64,000 nucleotides of DNA, from positions 3,770 through 67,769 of the forward strand of contig CAZMZS010000001.1 of assembly GCA_964570675.1 (NCBI GenBank), written 5' to 3'. Within the stretch, counting starts at the first letter, position 1. Each line of letters opens with the position of its first letter. This stretch comes from an uncultured Roseovarius sp. (GTDB lineage Bacteria > Pseudomonadota > Alphaproteobacteria > Rhodobacterales > Rhodobacteraceae). The position numbers and the translations under genes are program-made. Positions 1 through 10,120 of this stretch are shown in pieces. The notes under the pieces were generated by a model. The model was not told the origin of the DNA and searched no databases. It was given only the letters and a program-made list of their open reading frames with translations.

Positions 1-1
1 A

Positions 2-2077
2 TGGGCAAGGCTGGGCGGGGCCGGACGGGCCAGGCATCTGGATGCGCTGGCGCGGGTGATCGCCAATAACGCGCGGCTCTGCGCGGTGATGGAGGTGCTC
101 GATACCGGGCGGCCCATTGGCGCGGTGCGCGACGATGATCTGGCGCAGGTGCAGCGGCAATTCCAGCATCACGCCAGCCTGGCGCAGTTGATCGACGATG
201 AATGGCCGGGGCGCGCGCCGCTGGGTGTCTGCGCGGTGATCCTGCCGTCTCGGATGCCGCTGGTGGTGCTGGCGCGAAAGCTGGCCCCGGCGCTGGCGGC
301 GGGCAACAGCGTGATTGTGAAGCCGTCGCAATGGGCATCGCTGAGCGCGCTGCTGTTTGCTGATCTGTGCAGTCAGGCAGGATTGCCGAAAGGCGTGGTC
401 AATATCCTGACCGGCGACGCGGCGCTGGGCGAGCGCCTTGCCTGCCACGCGGGGATCGACATGGTCGGCTTTGCCGGGTCGCTCAGTGCGGGGCGCGCAC
501 TGCGCCGCGCGACGGCGGGGTCGGGCAAGGCCCTGTCGCTGGAAGTGGACGCCGCCGAAAGTTTCGTGGTGTTCGACGATGCCGATCTCGATTCAGCGGT
601 CGAGGCGCTGGCGCAGCGCTTTGACAGCCCGCATCGCCTGCTGGTGCAGGAGAGCGTGGCGGAGCGGTTTCAGGAAAAGCTACGCAACCGTATGGAAAAG
701 CTGCGGGTCGGTGATCCGCTGGATCGTTGCACCGATATCGGCGCGATGGCCAACCCGGCAGCGCGCGGGCGGCTGGCCGATCTGATCGCCCGCGCGGGGG
801 GTGATCTGTTCGTGCCGGTGCGGCCCTCGCCCGGCGGGCAGTATCACCGACCGGCCCTGATCACCGGGCTGGCGCCCGCCGATCCGGCGATGCATCTTGA
901 TATACGCGGCCCCGTGGCGGTGGGAATGAGCTTCAGAACGCCGCAGGAAGCGCTGCAACTGATCAATAACACGGGCCATGCGGGCGCGGTCTCGCTTTGG
1001 TCGGAGACGCTGTCGCTGGTGCTGGATCTTGCGCCGCGTCTGGCGGCGGGCGTCGTCTGGATCAACGCGACGGGCCTGACCGACGCCGCCGCGCCGCATG
1101 GCGGACTGCGCGAAGCCGGGTTCGGGCGCGACGGGGGATGGGATGGGTTGGCGCACTATACGGCGGCGAATGTAAAGCCCAAACCCCTGCCCCGGCTCGA
1201 ACCCTTTGCCAGCGCCAATGGCGCACAAACAAGCGAGCACGTGCCCGAGGTCAGCGACGCGACGCTGTTCATTGCAGGGCGGCAGGTGCGCCCCGGCGGC
1301 TATTGCCGCAATGTGCATGACAAGGCGGGGCGCATATTGGGACAGGTCGCGCTGGCCGGGGCAAGCGATGTCGGCGCGGCGGTAGGCGCGGCGCATAACG
1401 CCGCGGACTGGAGCCGCAGAAGCGGGCGCGACCGGGCGCGGGTTCTTATGGCCATGAGCCATGCGCTGGCCACGCGGAAGGAAGATTTGTCACATCTTAT
1501 CAATAGCTTGACAGGTGGGCGAAGTGGCGAAAAGGAGATCGACACCGCGATCGAACGGCTGTTCGCCTATGCCGCGAAGGCCGACACGATCGCGGCGCGC
1601 GCACCCGGCGTGCCGATGCACGGGCTGGCCGTGGCCGAGCGCGCGCCGGTGGGTGTGATCGGCGCGATCTGCCCGGACGAGGCGCCGCTGCTGGGGCTGG
1701 TCTCGGTCTTGGCGCCGATCCTGACCATGGGCAACCGGGCCGTTCTGCTGGCATCCGAAGCCTATCCGCTGATCGCGCCCGAACTGGCGTTGATCTTTGA
1801 ATGCCTGCAAATGCCCCCCGGTGCGGTCAACCTGCTGACGGGGTGCCATGCTGACCTGGCCTCGGCGATGGCGCGGCATATGGAGATCGAGGCGCTGTGG
1901 TGTTTCTCGTCAAGCGATCTGTCGGCAATGATCGAGCGCGAGAGCGCGGAGGCGATGAAACGGACCTGGGTGAATGACGGCCACGCGCGCGACTGGTTCG
2001 GTGCGGCGGGCGAAGACCCGGCGTTCCTGGACAAGGCGACGATGATCAGGACCACATGGCTGCCCGCCGGAATCTGA
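2..2077 (+). CDS. Aldehyde dehydrogenase family protein, ALDH16-like two-domain architecture; 5'-truncated by window edge; probably catalytically inactive
   Basis: Frame open from nt 2 (WARLGGAGRARHLDALARVI...). ALDH motifs KLAPALAAGNSVIVKPS, LPKGVVNILTGD, FDDADLDSAVE, plus a second degenerate ALDH domain. Confidence 0.85.
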   Translation, partial: WARLGGAGRARHLDALARVIANNARLCAVMEVLDTGRPIGAVRDDDLAQVQRQFQHHASLAQLIDDEWPGRAPLGVCAVILPSRMPLVVLARKLAPALAAGNSVIVKPSQWASLSALLFADLCSQAGLPKGVVNILTGDAALGERLACHAGIDMVGFAGSLSAGRALRRATAGSGKALSLEVDAAESFVVFDDADLDSAVEALAQRFDSPHRLLVQESVAERFQEKLRNRMEKLRVGDPLDRCTDIGAMANPAARGRLADLIARAGGDLFVPVRPSPGGQYHRPALITGLAPADPAMHLDIRGPVAVGMSFRTPQEALQLINNTGHAGAVSLWSETLSLVLDLAPRLAAGVVWINATGLTDAAAPHGGLREAGFGRDGGWDGLAHYTAANVKPKPLPRLEPFASANGAQTSEHVPEVSDATLFIAGRQVRPGGYCRNVHDKAGRILGQVALAGASDVGAAVGAAHNAADWSRRSGRDRARVLMAMSHALATRKEDLSHLINSLTGGRSGEKEIDTAIERLFAYAAKADTIAARAPGVPMHGLAVAERAPVGVIGAICPDEAPLLGLVSVLAPILTMGNRAVLLASEAYPLIAPELALIFECLQMPPGAVNLLTGCHADLASAMARHMEIEALWCFSSSDLSAMIERESAEAMKRTWVNDGHARDWFGAAGEDPAFLDKATMIRTTWLPAGI

Positions 2078-2145
2078 GCAGGACGTGACGACGCCCGGCG
2101 CGGCACAGGGGCCGGACCGGGCGTCTGAAGGAGCGGTCCCTCCGC

Positions 2146-4632
2146 TCAGCCTGCGCTGCGATTGCCGCCTTCGGCGTTGCGATACTCGGTTTCCTCGGTC
2201 ACGCTGAAACGGCCGCCCTTGAGCTTTTGCAGCTTGCCGTCGCGCAGCAGCTTGCCGAAGCTGCGCAAACCATCCTCGCGCGAGAAACCGCCATCCGACA
2301 CTTCTCGCAGCTTGCCCATCAGCATCGGGCGCGAGAATTGCGGGCGCCCTTCCACATCGGCGAGATAGGCGGCGGCCGCCTCGAGCAGGTCGGGGAGTTC
2401 TGTCGCGCCCATCTCGGCGGCGAAATCGGCAAAGCCACTGTCAACGGCGGCCGGATCGGCCTGCAATTCTGCGGTCGAGATACGGCGCGGGCGGATCGGT
2501 TCACGCGAGCTTTCGACATCTACACGCTGTTCGGCCACCAGTTTGAGCGGCGCTGAGCGGGTTTCCTCGGGCCGGGGCGAGCGGGTGTGCTCGCGCGTGC
2601 CGGCGGCGCGGGGGCGGCGCGGGCGCACCACATCCGCCAGGTCCGAGCGATAGGGCGTGTCGTCCTTGCCCGCGTCCTGTTCGATCCCGGCTTTCTTGTC
2701 GGCGCGTGTGGCGGCGACGGCGGCGCGCAAGTGTTGGATCACGCTGCGGCGGTGGTTCGCCTCGGGCGCGTCACGTTGGTTGTCGGTTTCGGCGAAGATG
2801 CGGTTCACATCCGCATGGGGTTCGTCTTCGTCCAGCTTGCCAAGGGCAGGCGCGGGTTGGGATGGTTCGTCGTCATCGGTTTCGGCGGCCTCGGCCCAGT
2901 CGTCATCCAGCGTGGATTCGGGCAGGTCGTCGGCCTCGTCCGTATCATTGCCGGCGAGACGGTCCTGTTGCACGGGCGCATCAGCGTCGATCTCGGCTTC
3001 GAGTGCGGCCAGTTCGCGCTGAAGATCGGCCTCTTCCTCGGGGCTGAGGAGGGAGGCGGCGGCGTCTTCCTCTTGGTCTTGGGACACCTCTTCGGCAGGG
3101 TCGCCCTCGGCGAGTTCCGCTTCGAACTTCTGCGCGGCGAGGGTGGCCTCGAGTTCGCTGCGCTTGATGGTCACGACACGGGCGCGCACGGGCTCCTGCA
3201 CCTCGGCGGTGTCTTCATCGGCGGCGGGCTCGTCCTCGGGTGTGACCTCGTCGGAATCGGCGGTCTCTGGCCCGGCGGGTTCTTTGGCGGGCTCGGCTTC
3301 AGCCGCTTGCGCGTCAGGGGTTTCCGGCGCTTGAGGCGTCGCGGTTTCTTCGGCGGCCTCCTCGGGCGCGGGCGTGACGTCGGCGGTGTCTGTCGCCTCC
3401 TTGGCGGCGTCAGCGGGCAGGGAATCGGCCAGAAGCTGCGCCAGCGTATCATGGGCCAGATCGACCTGATCGCCGGGCTTGGACTCGCTGGACTCGGGCT
3501 GAATTTCCTGTTCTTTTTCAATGGTATCGCCGGTATCGGCGGGTTCCTGTGCGACGGTGTCGCGATCTGCGTCAAAGCGCGAGAGGATCGAATCGAGATC
3601 GTCGCCCTCGTCCTGCTCGAGCGGGGTGGCCCGCGCGAGCTCGGCGGCGTCGTCGGCCTCGAGCGCGGCATCAAGATCAGCGGCGGTGTCGTCGAGGAAG
3701 TCGCCCGCGCTGTCGTCTTCGGCGTGCTCGTCCTCGGTGAATTCGTCACCGCTGTAGCTGCGTTCGGATTGCATCACGACCGACCGGATGCGGCGCAGCT
3801 TGGCGGCGACGCTGTCGGCTTCGGGCTCGGGCTGGGCCTCTGCGACGGGCTCGACTTCGGCTGCCGGTTCGGCTTCGGCAACGGGTTCGGGCTCCGCCTC
3901 GGGTGCCGGTTCGGCTTCGGCCGCAGCTTCGGGTTCGGATTCCGGTGTTTCGGAGAGAACCTCTTCGCTGGCTTCTTCGGTGACGGCGGGATGCGCGGCC
4001 TCGGCGGCTTCGGCGGCGGTTTCCTCTTCGTCCGCGGGCGCAGGCTCAGGGGACTCGGCGACCACATCCGTGGTCGCTTGGTCTTCCGGTGCGGCCTTGG
4101 CCTCGACTTCGGGAGATTCGGCGGCGGTTTCTGCTTCCTCGGGCGCGGCTTCGACCTCGGGCGATTCGGCCAGCTCGGGTTCGGTTGCTTCTGCCTCGGG
4201 GGCGGGGGCCTCGGGGGCGGATGGTTCAACCGCCTCTGGTTCGGGGGCTTCCTGAACCGGGGGTTCGGGAGTTTCTGCCTCCGCCTCGGGCGCAGGTTCA
4301 GCTGCGGGCTGTTCGGGTTTGGTCTGCTCAGGCGCGGGCTGGGGCTGAGGCGCGGTCAGACCGGAGAGGGCTGCGGAATCCGCGGCGCGCAGAACGATGC
4401 CGCCGTCGCGCTGATGCGCTTCGACACGGCGCGAGACTTCGCGCTCGGCGATCCGGGCCAGCATCTCGGCGTCCGGCGTCGGCGGTTCGGCACCAAAGTA
4501 CCTGTCATCCGCAGCGAGGTCGCGAAAATACTCGGCGATCGCTTTCATCGTGTCGAAGGAATCATCGAATCCTTCGAGAGTGCACGAGAATGTCCCGTAC
4601 GAGACTGTAAGAATTTTACTTCCACTAACCAT
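2146..4632 (-). CDS. Conserved hypothetical protein: ordered N- and C-termini flanking a long acidic Pro/Ala/Glu-rich disordered region
   Basis: 828-aa ORF. N-terminus KILTVSYGTFSCTLEGFDDSFDTMKAIAEYFRDL. Helical C-terminus ...REDGLRSFGKLLRDGK. Confidence 0.85.
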   Translation of the reverse strand: MVSGSKILTVSYGTFSCTLEGFDDSFDTMKAIAEYFRDLAADDRYFGAEPPTPDAEMLARIAEREVSRRVEAHQRDGGIVLRAADSAALSGLTAPQPQPAPEQTKPEQPAAEPAPEAEAETPEPPVQEAPEPEAVEPSAPEAPAPEAEATEPELAESPEVEAAPEEAETAAESPEVEAKAAPEDQATTDVVAESPEPAPADEEETAAEAAEAAHPAVTEEASEEVLSETPESEPEAAAEAEPAPEAEPEPVAEAEPAAEVEPVAEAQPEPEADSVAAKLRRIRSVVMQSERSYSGDEFTEDEHAEDDSAGDFLDDTAADLDAALEADDAAELARATPLEQDEGDDLDSILSRFDADRDTVAQEPADTGDTIEKEQEIQPESSESKPGDQVDLAHDTLAQLLADSLPADAAKEATDTADVTPAPEEAAEETATPQAPETPDAQAAEAEPAKEPAGPETADSDEVTPEDEPAADEDTAEVQEPVRARVVTIKRSELEATLAAQKFEAELAEGDPAEEVSQDQEEDAAASLLSPEEEADLQRELAALEAEIDADAPVQQDRLAGNDTDEADDLPESTLDDDWAEAAETDDDEPSQPAPALGKLDEDEPHADVNRIFAETDNQRDAPEANHRRSVIQHLRAAVAATRADKKAGIEQDAGKDDTPYRSDLADVVRPRRPRAAGTREHTRSPRPEETRSAPLKLVAEQRVDVESSREPIRPRRISTAELQADPAAVDSGFADFAAEMGATELPDLLEAAAAYLADVEGRPQFSRPMLMGKLREVSDGGFSREDGLRSFGKLLRDGKLQKLKGGRFSVTEETEYRNAEGGNRSAG
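3815..3945 (-). repeat. Imperfect 18-nt coding tandem repeats (EAEPAP/EAEPEP/EVEPVA-like hexapeptides)
   Basis: Repeated ttcggcttcgg/ggttcgggctc units. Translation EPEAAAEAEPAPEAEPEPVAEAEPAAEVEPVAEAQPEPEAD. Confidence 0.6.
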
Positions 4633-4780
4633 TTGAATGCTCGCTCTGCTTGACCTGCGACATTCGTCTTTACCATCCTTGCCAAGACCAAAGGCGCCCG
4701 ATTCTTGGAACTTTACCGTATCATTTCGTGGTGAGAATGTGATCAGTTTCCTAAATAGTGGCTAATCAGGAAAAAGTCAG

Positions 4781-5455
4781 ATGATTGTTGAGGCGGCAGA
4801 GCCAATCACCCTGATTGGGGGCGCGGAAATAGATAAATCCTTGCTCGGGCGCGCGCGCGCGCTGGGACCAAGAGTGGTTGCAGCGGATGGCGGGGCTGAT
4901 GCGGCGCTGGCGCTGGAGGTGGTTCCCGAGGCGGTGATCGGCGATTTCGATTCGCTGAGCGACGCGGGGCGCGCGCGGTTTCCCGCCGATGCGCTGCACC
5001 CGATCCCGGATCAGGACAGCACGGATTTCGACAAGTGCCTAAGCAATATCGCCGCCCCGCTGGTGGTGGGAATCGGGTTCTCGGGGGCGCGGCTGGATCA
5101 TCAGCTGGCCGCTTACAACACGCTGGTGCGCCACCCGCATCGGCGCTGCATCCTGCTGGGGAGCGAGGAGCTGGTGTTCCTGGCGCCGCCCGAGTTGTCG
5201 ATCGACCTGCCCGAGGGTTGCGAGGTGTCGCTGTTTCCGCTGGGTGCGGTCGAGGGGCTGTCGGAGGGGCTGAAATATTCCATCGCGGGGCTGAATTTCG
5301 CACCCGATGGCAGGATCGGCACGTCGAACCATGCGACGGGGCCGGTGCAATTGTCGCTGACCGCACCCAAGATGCTGGTCATCCTGCCCGAGGCGATGCT
5401 GGAAGTGGCGGCACACGCGCTTCTGAAGGCGCGCGCCGTCTGGCCCGAGGGGTAG
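4781..5455 (+). CDS. thiN: Thiamine diphosphokinase
   Basis: AADGGA, IGDFDS, DQDSTDFDK, GARLDH and GTSN motifs. Confidence 0.9.
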   Translation: MIVEAAEPITLIGGAEIDKSLLGRARALGPRVVAADGGADAALALEVVPEAVIGDFDSLSDAGRARFPADALHPIPDQDSTDFDKCLSNIAAPLVVGIGFSGARLDHQLAAYNTLVRHPHRRCILLGSEELVFLAPPELSIDLPEGCEVSLFPLGAVEGLSEGLKYSIAGLNFAPDGRIGTSNHATGPVQLSLTAPKMLVILPEAMLEVAAHALLKARAVWPEG

Positions 5456-5468
5456 GCAGCCGGAATCT

Positions 5469-6842
5469 TCAGCAGTTGGGCACGTTCACCGCAAGACCGC
5501 CGAGCGAGGTTTCCTTGTATTTCTCGCTCATGTCCTCGCCCGTCTGGCGCATGGTTTCGATACAGGCATCGAGCGGCACAAGATGGGTGCCGTCCCCGCG
5601 CAGGGCGAGGCTGGCGGCGCTGACCGCCTTGATCGCGCCAAGGCCGTTGCGTTCGATGCAGGGCACCTGCACCAGCCCCTTCACGGGGTCGCAGGTCATG
5701 CCGAGGTGATGTTCCAGCGCGATTTCGGCGGCGTTCTCGATCTGGGCGGGGGTGCCGCCCAGAACGGCGGCCAGTCCGGCGGCGCCCATCGCGGCGGCGC
5801 TGCCGACTTCGGCCTGGCACCCGGCTTCGGCGCCCGAGATCGAGGCGTTGTATTTCACAAGCCCGCCGATGGCGGCGGCGGTCAGAAGAAAATCCTCGAT
5901 CTGCGTCTCGGAGGCGCCGGGGACATGTTCGAGCCAGTATTTGATGACGGCGGGCACCACACCCGCCGCGCCATTGGTGGGCGCGGTCACGACCTGCCCG
6001 CCGGCGGCGTTTTCCTCGTTGACGGCCATGGCGTAGAGGCTGATCCAGTCGTTGATCTTGTGGGGCGCCTGAAGGTTGGTGCCGCGTTCGGCCAGGAGGG
6101 AATCGCGAATGCCCTTGGCGCGGCGGCGCACGCGCAGACCGCCGGGCAGTTCGCCTTCGGATTCGATGCCGCGCTCGATGCAGTCATCCATCACCTTCCA
6201 GATTCGCGCGACGCCTGAGCGCAGGTTTTCCGGGCCGCCGCGCGAAATCTCGTTGGCTTTCTTCATCTGGGCGACGCTCTTGCCCGAATGTTCGGCCATT
6301 TCCAGCATTTCGGCGGCGGATTTGAAGGGATAGGGGACCGGCTCGCCTTCGTCGGTGTTGCGGCCCTGGGCCAGTTCGGCCTCGGTCATGACGAAGCCGC
6401 CGCCGATGGAATAATAGGTTTCCTGCAGGATCACATCGCCCTGCGCGTCGGTGGCCATCAGGATCATGCCATTGGCATGGCCCGGCAGGTTGGGGCCGAA
6501 ATCGAAGATCAGGTCGTCCTTGGGGTGAAACACCAGTTCCGGCAGGCCGGGCGGGCGCAGCGTGTGGGTTTCACGGATCTGCTCAAGCGTCGCCTCGGCG
6601 GTGTCGTGGTCGTAATCTTCGGGGCGAAAGCCCGCGAGGCCCAGGATGGTGGCGCGGTCCGTGGCATGGCCGATGCCGGTGAAGGCAAGGCTGCCATGCA
6701 GGGAGCCGCGCAGACCGTGAGGTTCGAAGGGGGCGGCGCGCATCTTGTCGAGAAAGCGCGCGGCGGCCACCATCGGCCCCATCGTATGGGACGATGAGGG
6801 GCCGACGCCGATCTTGAACATGTCGAAGACGGACAGAAACAT
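5469..6842 (-). CDS. sdaA: L-serine ammonia-lyase (Fe-S dependent, fused)
   Basis: [57 protein letters not shown]. Start reassigned to ATG at 6842. Confidence 0.95.
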   Translation of the reverse strand: MFLSVFDMFKIGVGPSSSHTMGPMVAAARFLDKMRAAPFEPHGLRGSLHGSLAFTGIGHATDRATILGLAGFRPEDYDHDTAEATLEQIRETHTLRPPGLPELVFHPKDDLIFDFGPNLPGHANGMILMATDAQGDVILQETYYSIGGGFVMTEAELAQGRNTDEGEPVPYPFKSAAEMLEMAEHSGKSVAQMKKANEISRGGPENLRSGVARIWKVMDDCIERGIESEGELPGGLRVRRRAKGIRDSLLAERGTNLQAPHKINDWISLYAMAVNEENAAGGQVVTAPTNGAAGVVPAVIKYWLEHVPGASETQIEDFLLTAAAIGGLVKYNASISGAEAGCQAEVGSAAAMGAAGLAAVLGGTPAQIENAAEIALEHHLGMTCDPVKGLVQVPCIERNGLGAIKAVSAASLALRGDGTHLVPLDACIETMRQTGEDMSEKYKETSLGGLAVNVPNC

Positions 6843-7002
6843 GCAATCTTTCCCGTTCTGGCCCGATGGCGACACGGGCTTTTCTATCTCTATGACGCGC
6901 AGGGGCGCGCTGTGGCGGCGCAAAAGCGACCGAGTCGTCGAAATCTGCGCCAGTCTTGTCAATCTCGGGGCTGCAAGGCCCGGTTTCAACGTTTGTGTCG
7001 CC

Positions 7003-7713
7003 TCAGACCGCGCTGCCTTCGGGTGGATCGGCGGGCTGTGGCGCGGTGAGTGGCGTGGGGCCAAGCCCCTCGGCGCGGATCGCGGCGGCGACGCTGGAGC
7101 GGGTTTCGAGGGCCGTAGCCATGGCCCGCAGATGTGGCCAGCGCCCCAGTGAGAACCAATCGGTCGCGCCCTGCGGATAAAGCGCCATCCAGCGCAGCAT
7201 CGGGCCAAGGTAGAGGCCGAGGATCGTGGGGGCCGCGCCGCTGAACAGCGAAGGCGACGTGGTGGCGGCTGATTCGAGCATATCGAGAAGGCGGGCGATC
7301 TCGCCCTGCATATGGCTGCGCAGGCGCGCGCATTCCGCAGGGCCCGGGCCGGTGTAGCGCTCAGGATAGAAGGTCATCCGAAGAGCCGGGTGCAGCGTGT
7401 TGGACAGGAAGAACAGCCATTTGAGCATCGCGCCCCGTTCTGGCGCATCGGCTGCGGGCGCCAGCGCGCCATGCCGGTCGGCCAGCCAGAGCAGGATCGC
7501 GCCGGTCTCGAAGATCGGGCCATCGGGCGTTTCGAGCGCCGGGATCAGCCCTGCGGGATTGATCGCAAGGTAGCCAGGCGAGGATTGCGCCCGCGCCGCG
7601 CGGTCCACCAGAATGGCGCGGTAAGGCTGGTGCAGTTCCTCGAGGGCGAGGCGGATCACCAGCGAGGCGTTGTCGGGCGCGTAATGCAGGCGGTAGGGTT
7701 CGGTCATGGGCAT
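7003..7713 (-). CDS. Glutathione S-transferase family protein
   Basis: YLAINPAGLIPAL and IFETGAILLWLAD GST N-domain motifs. Confidence 0.9.
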   Translation of the reverse strand: MPMTEPYRLHYAPDNASLVIRLALEELHQPYRAILVDRAARAQSSPGYLAINPAGLIPALETPDGPIFETGAILLWLADRHGALAPAADAPERGAMLKWLFFLSNTLHPALRMTFYPERYTGPGPAECARLRSHMQGEIARLLDMLESAATTSPSLFSGAAPTILGLYLGPMLRWMALYPQGATDWFSLGRWPHLRAMATALETRSSVAAAIRAEGLGPTPLTAPQPADPPEGSAV

Positions 7714-7881
7714 GGTGGCAGCCTAGCGTCACGGGCGCGCCGCGCCAGCCTGAAAGCGACGGCCCGTCTGCCGCGCGAGGCACCGGGCGCGAGGGTTTGT
7801 CACAAACCCGCCGATGCCCCCTCGCGCATGGCGCTCAACTTGCCTATAACCCTTCCCGAAACGTCACGGGGAGTCGCTGCC

Positions 7882-8670
7882 ATGACCGGAGAATTGTCGC
7901 CCATCGACAAGGCCAAGTTCGTCGCCGCCAAACGTTCCGTGGACTATGTCGAAGACGGGATGCGCGTCGGGCTGGGCACGGGATCGACCGCCGCCTGGAT
8001 GGTGCGCTGCCTTGGCGAGCTGGTGCGGGATGACGGGCTCAAGATCAAGGGCGTGCCGACATCGACCCGCACCGCGGAACTGGCGCGCGAGGTCGGTATC
8101 GAGGTGATCAGCCTTGACGAGGCCAAGTGGCTGGACCTGACCATCGACGGGGCCGACGAGTTCGACGCCAATCTGAACCTGATCAAGGGCGGTGGCGGAG
8201 CGCTGTTGCAGGAAAAGATCGTCGCCACCGCCAGCGACCAGATGATCGTGATCGCCGATGTCGGCAAGGAGGTCGAGACCCTGGGCGCGTTCCCGCTGCC
8301 GATCGAGGTCATTCCGTTCGGCTGGGAGACCACCAAGTCGCTGGTCGAGGAGATGCTGATCTCGATGGATGTGCTGGGGCGTGATGCGACGCTGCGGATG
8401 AATGGCGACCGCCCCTTCGTGACCGATGAGGGGAATTACATCCTTGATCTGCATCTGGGGCGGATCGGCAAGGCCAACCAGTTGGCAATGGTGCTGAACC
8501 AGATGCCGGGCGTGGTGGAAAACGGGCTGTTCATAGATATCTGCGACGTGGTGATCGTGGGTTATGGCGATGGCCGGGTCGAGACCCGCGACATCAACGA
8601 GGGCACGGTCGAGGAAGACCGGCTCGATTTCCTGGAATCCGAGAACCTGTTCACCGATCTGCAGGACTGA
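7882..8670 (+). CDS. rpiA: Ribose-5-phosphate isomerase A
   Basis: GLGTGST, IDGADE, IKGGGGALLQEKIVA. ATG at 7882 follows a GGGGAG RBS. Confidence 0.97.
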   Translation: MTGELSPIDKAKFVAAKRSVDYVEDGMRVGLGTGSTAAWMVRCLGELVRDDGLKIKGVPTSTRTAELAREVGIEVISLDEAKWLDLTIDGADEFDANLNLIKGGGGALLQEKIVATASDQMIVIADVGKEVETLGAFPLPIEVIPFGWETTKSLVEEMLISMDVLGRDATLRMNGDRPFVTDEGNYILDLHLGRIGKANQLAMVLNQMPGVVENGLFIDICDVVIVGYGDGRVETRDINEGTVEEDRLDFLESENLFTDLQD

Positions 8671-8690
8671 GCGGGCACAATTCAGAGGGC

Positions 8691-10052
8691 ATGGCATTGG
8701 CATTCGACTACGACCTTTTCGTGATCGGCGGCGGCTCGGGCGGGGTGCGCGCGGCGCGCGTGGCGGCACAGGGCGGCGCCAAGGTGGCGCTGGCCGAGGA
8801 GGACCGCTATGGCGGCACCTGCGTGCAGCGCGGCTGCGTGCCCAAGAAGCTGATGGTATTCGCCAGCGAGTATCCCGGCCATATGGAGGACGCGCAGGCC
8901 TATGGCTGGACCGTGCATGCGGGCGGCTTCGACTGGCCGGCGTTCCGCGACACGATGCACAGCGAGCTGGACAGGCTGGAAGGGGTCTATCGGCGGCTCT
9001 TGTCCAACAGCGGGGTCGAGACCTTCGATTCCCGCGCGGTGGTGGCCGATGCCCACAGCGTCAGGCTGGCCAGCGGCGAAACCAAGACCGCAAAGCATAT
9101 CCTGATCGCCACCGGCGGGTGGCCGGTCACGCCCGAGTTGCCCGATGCCGAACATGCGCTGACCAGCAACGAGATCTTCCATCTGGAAACGCTGCCCAAA
9201 TCGCTGCTGATCGTTGGCGGCGGCTATATCGCCTGCGAATTCGCCTGTATCCTCAATGGTCTGGGTGTCCAGGTGACGCAGTATTACCGTGGCGCGCAGA
9301 TCCTGCGTGGGTTCGACGAAGAGGCGCGCGGGCTGATTTCCGAGGAAATGATGCGCAACGGGGTCGATCTTCACCTGGGCTGCAACATCATCGAGATGGA
9401 AAAGCAGGAACAGGGGTTCCGCATCAAGGCCACCAATGGCGACGAGCGGGTGTTCGACCAGGTGATGTTCGCGACCGGACGCAATCCGAACACGGCCGGG
9501 ATGGGGCTTGAGGAGGTCGGCGTGAAGCTGGGCCGCAAGGGCGAGATCGAGGTCGATTCCTACAGCCAGACGGCGGTGCCGTCGATCTATGCGATCGGCG
9601 ACGTGACCGACAGGGCGAACCTGACGCCGGTGGCGATCCGCGAGGGGATGGCCTTTGTGGAGACGGTGTTCAACGGCAACCCGACCCCGGTGGATCACGA
9701 CCTGATCCCGACGGCGATCTTCACCCAGCCGGAATTCGGCACCATCGGCCTGAGCGAGGAGGCGGCCCGCGATCAGGAACCCGTGGATGTCTACTGCACG
9801 TCGTTCAAACCGATGCAGCAGAGTTTCGCGGGGCGCGAGGACCGGGTTTTGATGAAATTGATCGTCAGCAAGGAAAGCCGGCGCATCCTGGGTTGTCATA
9901 TCGTCGCGCCCGGCGCGGGCGAAATGATTCAGCTGGCCGGAATCGCGGTCAAGATGGGTGCAACGAAAGAAGATTTCGACCGCACGGTGGCGGTTCACCC
10001 CACCATGGCCGAGGAAATCGTCACGATGCGAGAACCAGTGCGAAGCGCTTGA
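8691..10052 (+). CDS. gor: Glutathione-disulfide reductase
   Basis: GGGSGG FAD motif, GGTCVQRGCVPKK redox disulfide, HPTMAEE. Confidence 0.95.
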   Translation: MALAFDYDLFVIGGGSGGVRAARVAAQGGAKVALAEEDRYGGTCVQRGCVPKKLMVFASEYPGHMEDAQAYGWTVHAGGFDWPAFRDTMHSELDRLEGVYRRLLSNSGVETFDSRAVVADAHSVRLASGETKTAKHILIATGGWPVTPELPDAEHALTSNEIFHLETLPKSLLIVGGGYIACEFACILNGLGVQVTQYYRGAQILRGFDEEARGLISEEMMRNGVDLHLGCNIIEMEKQEQGFRIKATNGDERVFDQVMFATGRNPNTAGMGLEEVGVKLGRKGEIEVDSYSQTAVPSIYAIGDVTDRANLTPVAIREGMAFVETVFNGNPTPVDHDLIPTAIFTQPEFGTIGLSEEAARDQEPVDVYCTSFKPMQQSFAGREDRVLMKLIVSKESRRILGCHIVAPGAGEMIQLAGIAVKMGATKEDFDRTVAVHPTMAEEIVTMREPVRSA

Positions 10053-10120
10053 AATTCAGGTATCACAGCACAGGTTAGAGAGAACGCCCCGTGAGGGGCG
10101 GCAGTAAAGGGAAGTTTTAC

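Noticed and set aside
2587..4653. 688-aa plus-strand Gly/Phe/Leu/Arg-rich ORF
   Set aside because: Antisense shadow of the acidic low-complexity gene; its composition mirrors that gene's codons.
5469..7208. Extended N-termini in the ORF track (sdaA here; likewise rpiA, truB, mutM, rpsT, DUF3035 and M16)
   Set aside because: The extensions overlap neighbouring genes or lack homology; downstream starts fit family N-termini and RBS positions.
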